A DNA stretch of 20,567 bases, taken from positions 1-20,567 of the forward strand of contig JBDHWW010000050.1 of assembly GCA_039810425.1 (NCBI GenBank), written 5' to 3'. A program made the translations under genes and the position numbers. Below are positions 16,749 to 20,567 of the stretch, piece after piece (the first letter of the stretch is position 1; each line of letters opens with the position of its first letter). The notes beneath the pieces are model-generated. The model had not been told where the DNA came from. It saw only the letters and a program-made list of their open reading frames with translations, and searched no databases. The DNA comes from Pseudobdellovibrionaceae bacterium. GTDB lineage: Bacteria; Bdellovibrionota; Bdellovibrionia; Bdellovibrionales; Bdellovibrionaceae.

Positions 16749-18615
16749 GTACTTCTCCGATGGCGAACAACACGGCGGAACCGGCTTTAGTCGCACGGTC
16801 TTTCTGACTTTGAAAGAAGCTTATCGCCCGTTCATGGGTCGCATCTTAGCGACTTTTGTCTTCGGCATCATCGGCAGGACCCTGCTGCTTGCCAATGCCA
16901 ACGTTATCGGTTTCTGGGTGGACAGCTTCTGCCAACCCGAGCACGGCATTCACTGTAAACCAGGGCCAAGTTTTTTGCAGGGCTTCGCCTCTGAGGATTA
17001 TTTGAAACTTCTTGGCGCCATGGCCGTTCTGGGTTTTTTCTGCACCTTGAGCTTCCGTGTGATTTTCTCGCGCCTGTCAGCCCAAGCCATCAGCAGTCTT
17101 TACGACGAAGTGACTTTACGGACGTCCCGCCTGCCGATGAGTTTCTTTGATGCGACTCCGGCGGGCCGGATCATCACGCGCTTCTCGAGTGACTACGGCA
17201 ACGTCTTTCGTCTCTTCGGGGGACCGCTGGCCGAATTTATCTCGATCATTTTTGATTTGGCGGTGATGATCGTGCTCATCACTGTCGCAAGTCCCTATTA
17301 CCTCATTTTTGTAGTGGTGGTTGCAGGCTTTTATTATGGCCTTTATCGTCTGAACCGCCAGACCCTCCGCCAAGCCCGCCGCGAACTTTCGGCGAGCCGC
17401 TCACCTTCGATTGCCCACTTTGCTGAAACCACTCAAGGGGCGAGCACGATCCGTTCTTTCCGCCGTCAGGAGTCTTTCGTTGAGCGCTTTACCCGCCTCG
17501 ATCGCTATTTCCTGCAACAAAAAATGAAGACCACCGGACGGCTTGTGAAATATGCCATCCAAATGAACAGCCTTTCGGCGTTGCTGCTGCTCATGACCGG
17601 GATTTCGGCTTTCTATTTCGTCCATGGGGGCATGACCTCCGTGGGCTCCGTCGGCGTGGCGTTTAGCTTTATTGCCCTCTCGGGAAACACCGTTCAGATG
17701 TTCTTTGAGTGGTTGACTCAATTTGAAGAAGCCATGATTGGCATCGAACGTTTGGACCAGTACCTGCGTAAAGACATGGAGCCGGGCAACTTGCTCCCGT
17801 CATCGGCTGCGTTCAAAACCGGGCATCCCCGCTATGAGGCGAGTCTTGAGAGATACCTCCACAATCGCCGGCTGACCAACGATCGCAGTGCTTCGGTGCA
17901 AGTCGATGGCCTGTGGTTTAAGTACCGCGAAGACCTCCCGTGGGTTTTGAAAAACGTGAACTTCGAGGTTAAAGCCGGAGAACGTCTTGGTATTGTCGGC
18001 CGCACCGGCAGTGGCAAATCAAGTCTGATTCAGGCTTTGTTCTATCTCTATCCCCTGCAAGAGGGCCGCATTGCGATCAACGGCTTTAGCCCGAAAATCC
18101 ATGCAACCGACACGGGCATGGACCTGAACCTTTATCGCCGCTCGATTGCCTTTATTTCGCAAGACCCGGTTTTGTTTCAGGGAACGTTACGCAGCAACCT
18201 TGACATCGAAAACCAGCTCAGTGACGAGCGCCTGTTTCAAGTGCTGAACCAAGTCGGTCTCAAGGAGTGGGTCGAGCAACAGCGCGACCGTCTCAATATG
18301 AGAATCGAAGAGCGAGGCAAGAATCTGTCACTCGGGGAACGCCAACTCGTGTGCATGGCCCGTTGCCTGCTCCAAGAAGCCCCTATTGTGATTATGGACG
18401 AAGCCACAAGCTCCGTGGACCCTCAATCCGAAGAGATTCTCGTCAAAGCGACCGAGGAATTCTTCTCGGATCGTACCCAAATTATCATTGCCCATCGCCT
18501 TTCAACCCTCGAAAAGTGCGACCGGGTATTATGGTTACACAATGGCGAAATCCAAAGCCTCGGCCCAACCGATGAAGTGCTTCCGAGCTTTGAAGCCGCG
18601 AACCTGAACCGCTGA
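16735..18615 (+). CDS. ABC exporter half-transporter (TMD+NBD), ABCC/MRP TMD2-NBD2-like
   Basis: Start ATG 16735 (SD GAGGAG) overlapping the upstream gene end. FFDATPAGRIITRFSSD, RSPSIAHFAETTQGASTIRSF, Walker A GRTGSGKS, degenerate signature LSLGERQ, Walker B IMDEATSSVD, IAHRL. Confidence 0.92.
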   Translation: MSKPKYFSDGEQHGGTGFSRTVFLTLKEAYRPFMGRILATFVFGIIGRTLLLANANVIGFWVDSFCQPEHGIHCKPGPSFLQGFASEDYLKLLGAMAVLGFFCTLSFRVIFSRLSAQAISSLYDEVTLRTSRLPMSFFDATPAGRIITRFSSDYGNVFRLFGGPLAEFISIIFDLAVMIVLITVASPYYLIFVVVVAGFYYGLYRLNRQTLRQARRELSASRSPSIAHFAETTQGASTIRSFRRQESFVERFTRLDRYFLQQKMKTTGRLVKYAIQMNSLSALLLLMTGISAFYFVHGGMTSVGSVGVAFSFIALSGNTVQMFFEWLTQFEEAMIGIERLDQYLRKDMEPGNLLPSSAAFKTGHPRYEASLERYLHNRRLTNDRSASVQVDGLWFKYREDLPWVLKNVNFEVKAGERLGIVGRTGSGKSSLIQALFYLYPLQEGRIAINGFSPKIHATDTGMDLNLYRRSIAFISQDPVLFQGTLRSNLDIENQLSDERLFQVLNQVGLKEWVEQQRDRLNMRIEERGKNLSLGERQLVCMARCLLQEAPIVIMDEATSSVDPQSEEILVKATEEFFSDRTQIIIAHRLSTLEKCDRVLWLHNGEIQSLGPTDEVLPSFEAANLNR

Positions 18616-18735
18616 CCTTTTTGAAAAAGATCCCTTCAGAATTAAATGGTTGAAGTCGATAAGAGATCAGCGTACAAACGGTCCAACTGTTGAAATTCTA
18701 AATCGGCTAAAATGTCTAAGCTTCGAGGTGGTTGC

Positions 18736-20112
18736 ATGGACTCTGAAAACAAAAACCTCAGTCAGGAAAATAAAGCTTCGGCGGATTCCTCGACTCAAAT
18801 GACTCAAACTGAAGAGCAATTCTTCAATCTCTTTGAGAACTGGTCAGCATTGACGACGACCGAACGCCGGGAAAAATTCAAAGAATTACCACGAACTGAA
18901 GCGGAAGAGCTTTTCTTGAGTCTCAAAACCCACGACCAAGTGGAATTGCTCGAAGAGGCCACGCCTCTTGAGAAACGCTCTTGGGTTCGGCTGCTTGCTC
19001 CCGATGACGTTGCCGATTTGATCCAGGAAATGGGAACTGACAACCGGGATGCGGTCCTGGGCCTGCTCGATCCACAAACGAAACGCGAAGTGATCGCCCT
19101 TTTGGCTTACGCGGAAGACAATGCCGGGGGCTTGATGAGCTCGCGCTTTATCCGCTTACGCCCTGACATGAGCGTAGATGAGGCGATCAGCTATATCCGC
19201 ATCCAAGCTAAAACGCAGGTTGAGACCATTTACTACGCTTATGTTCTGGCGACCGACCAAACCCTCTTGGGCGTTGTCTCATTCCGGGAGTTGTTTGCCT
19301 CGACCCCTGATAAAAAGATTAAAGACATCATGACCACCGATATGGTTCGCGTCCTCGTTGACACGGACCAAGAGCAAATCGCCAAGCTCTTCTCGAGCCA
19401 TGATCTGATGGCCGTGCCGGTTGTCGATGCGCGCGATCATATGGTCGGTATCGTGACGTTCGATGACGTGGCCAGTGTTCTGCAAGAAGAGGCGACCGAA
19501 GATATCCATAAGTTGGGCGCGGTTGAAACTCTCGATGCGCCCTATTTGAAAATCTCTTTAGTCGAGATGATCAAAAAGCGCGTTGGCTGGCTGCTTGTTC
19601 TCTTCTTGGGTGAGATGTTCACGGCTACAGCGATGGGTTACTTTCAATCAGAAATCGAGCGTGCGGTGGTGTTGGCTCTCTTTATTCCGTTGATTATCAG
19701 CTCCGGGGGCAACTCCGGCTCGCAGGCCTCGACCTTGATTATCCGGGCGATGGCCCTCGGCGAGGTGCGCCTCCGTGACTGGTGGCGGGTTCTTGGCCGC
19801 GAGATTGTCACGGGCTTGGCGCTGGGCTGCTGTCTTGGCATTGTCGCTTTGACTCGTATTTTGCTTTGGCCCTCAAAGGAACAGCTTTACGGCCCTCACT
19901 ATATCCTGGTCGCGCTCACTGTGGCGGGAAGCATCGTCGGCGTTGTGCTTTGGGGTTCGCTCTCAGGTTCGATGCTTCCATTCTTGCTGAAGAAAATGCG
20001 CTTTGATCCGGCCTCGGCATCAGCTCCGGCCGTGGCAACTCTGGTGGACGTGACGGGTTTGATTATTTACTTCACCATTGGCAGCATGATTCTGCACGGG
20101 GTTCTTCTATAA
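18736..20112 (+). CDS. mgtE: Magnesium transporter MgtE
   Basis: Start ATG 18736 (SD GAGGTG). Acidic helical N-domain (APDDVADL), YAEDNAGGLM, CBS pair, EEATEDI plug helix, GGNSGSQ, DPASASAPAVATLVDVTG. Confidence 0.96.
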   Translation: MDSENKNLSQENKASADSSTQMTQTEEQFFNLFENWSALTTTERREKFKELPRTEAEELFLSLKTHDQVELLEEATPLEKRSWVRLLAPDDVADLIQEMGTDNRDAVLGLLDPQTKREVIALLAYAEDNAGGLMSSRFIRLRPDMSVDEAISYIRIQAKTQVETIYYAYVLATDQTLLGVVSFRELFASTPDKKIKDIMTTDMVRVLVDTDQEQIAKLFSSHDLMAVPVVDARDHMVGIVTFDDVASVLQEEATEDIHKLGAVETLDAPYLKISLVEMIKKRVGWLLVLFLGEMFTATAMGYFQSEIERAVVLALFIPLIISSGGNSGSQASTLIIRAMALGEVRLRDWWRVLGREIVTGLALGCCLGIVALTRILLWPSKEQLYGPHYILVALTVAGSIVGVVLWGSLSGSMLPFLLKKMRFDPASASAPAVATLVDVTGLIIYFTIGSMILHGVLL

Positions 20113-20146
20113 GTTTTAAAAACTGATCCCTTACGCTGTTGATATG

Positions 20147-20203
20147 AAGTCCCAAGCACGGCGGATCTGCCTCCATGCGATGGGCGGGCGGATGCTCGGG
20201 CTT
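20147..20203. repeat. GC-rich imperfect long hairpin, possible REP-like element or transposon end
   Basis: Nested arms AAG(T)CCC-A-AGCA / TGCT-C-GGGCTT, TCTGCC / GGCGGA and CCAT-GCG-ATGG, in AT-rich intergenic DNA about 80 bp from the 3' end of a HUH transposase. Single copy in the window. Confidence 0.4.
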
Positions 20204-20282
20204 AGGCGCTGATCTATGTCTGCTTGATTAAAACCAAGTTATGATAAAGCACATAAAAATAGGGAGGGCCTCGCAGCCACTA

Positions 20283-20567
20283 TTATCCCGAGCGTTTCGT
20301 TTTCTTCTTTCTCACCAGCAGCCCACGCCCCTCTAAATCATTGAGTTCATGATAGGCGGCCACGGCTTTAAACTGCTTCCCCCAAGACAAAATCTTAGTA
20401 AAAGGGCGAAGATCAAAAAGGCCTTTCAAGGACCTCCCTTTAAGCTTTGAAAGGAGGCTCACCAGTAAAGAAGTCAGGGTTCTGATAAAAGCCAAATAAG
20501 CGTCCCGCGAGGGAAGTTTAACCAACAAATGAATATGCGACCAGTTCAGTGAAACCTCATAAAGTTG
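20283..20567 (-). mobile_element. HUH Y1 transposase (RAYT/IS200-like TnpA), 3' part; 5' end outside the window
   Basis: Frame is open to the window edge and reads QLYEVSLNWSHIHLLVKLPSRDAYLAFIR...LFDLRPFTKILSWGKQFKAVAAYHELN. HUH motif HIH at 20537-20529; candidate catalytic Tyr in YxxxN. Confidence 0.75.

Noticed and set aside
18617..18629. CTTTT-TGA-AAAAG hairpin after the ABC pair as a terminator
   Set aside because: The stem is almost all A-T and no U-tract follows.
18616..18735. M-box (ykoK) Mg2+ riboswitch upstream of mgtE
   Set aside because: The intergenic region is only 120 bp, AT-rich, and has no recognisable aptamer or terminator. A weak TTGAAG-N17-TACAAA promoter (18650-18678) was too poor to call.
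1..20567. CRISPR array, tRNA, rRNA, prophage or defence system
   Set aside because: No regularly spaced repeats, cloverleaf/T-loop motifs, rRNA signatures, or phage/defence protein motifs were recognised by eye.

Overview
Ordinary chromosomal window of roughly 48% GC (estimated by eye). Gene content suggests a Gram-negative bacterium, probably Bdellovibrionota (inference only). In order: an AT-rich stretch with broken reading frames (~140-483); a prolyl oligopeptidase interrupted by one frameshift, with a sigma54-type promoter and two plausible starts; a VOC/glyoxalase gene; pepN and an SDR; folE; a compact envelope redox cluster (yceI and a lipoprotein monoheme cytochrome c, converging on an 8-stranded OM barrel and a Cyc2-like CxxCH-porin fusion); a divergent operon for a secreted BPI/LBP (TULIP)-like protein and an unknown secreted partner; a Tat-lipoprotein flavin amine oxidase; a PHD/EglN-like 2OG-Fe(II) oxygenase; a eukaryote-type ABCC/MRP transporter encoded as two half-genes; mgtE; a GC-rich hairpin; and the 3' part of a HUH Y1 (RAYT/IS200-like) transposase at the right edge. 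The best candidates for an undescribed system are the YceI/cytochrome/porin-cytochrome cluster (7328-10088) and the adjacent BPI-like operon (10270-12505). No rRNA, tRNA or CRISPR array was recognised. All family calls come from motif recognition, not database searches.
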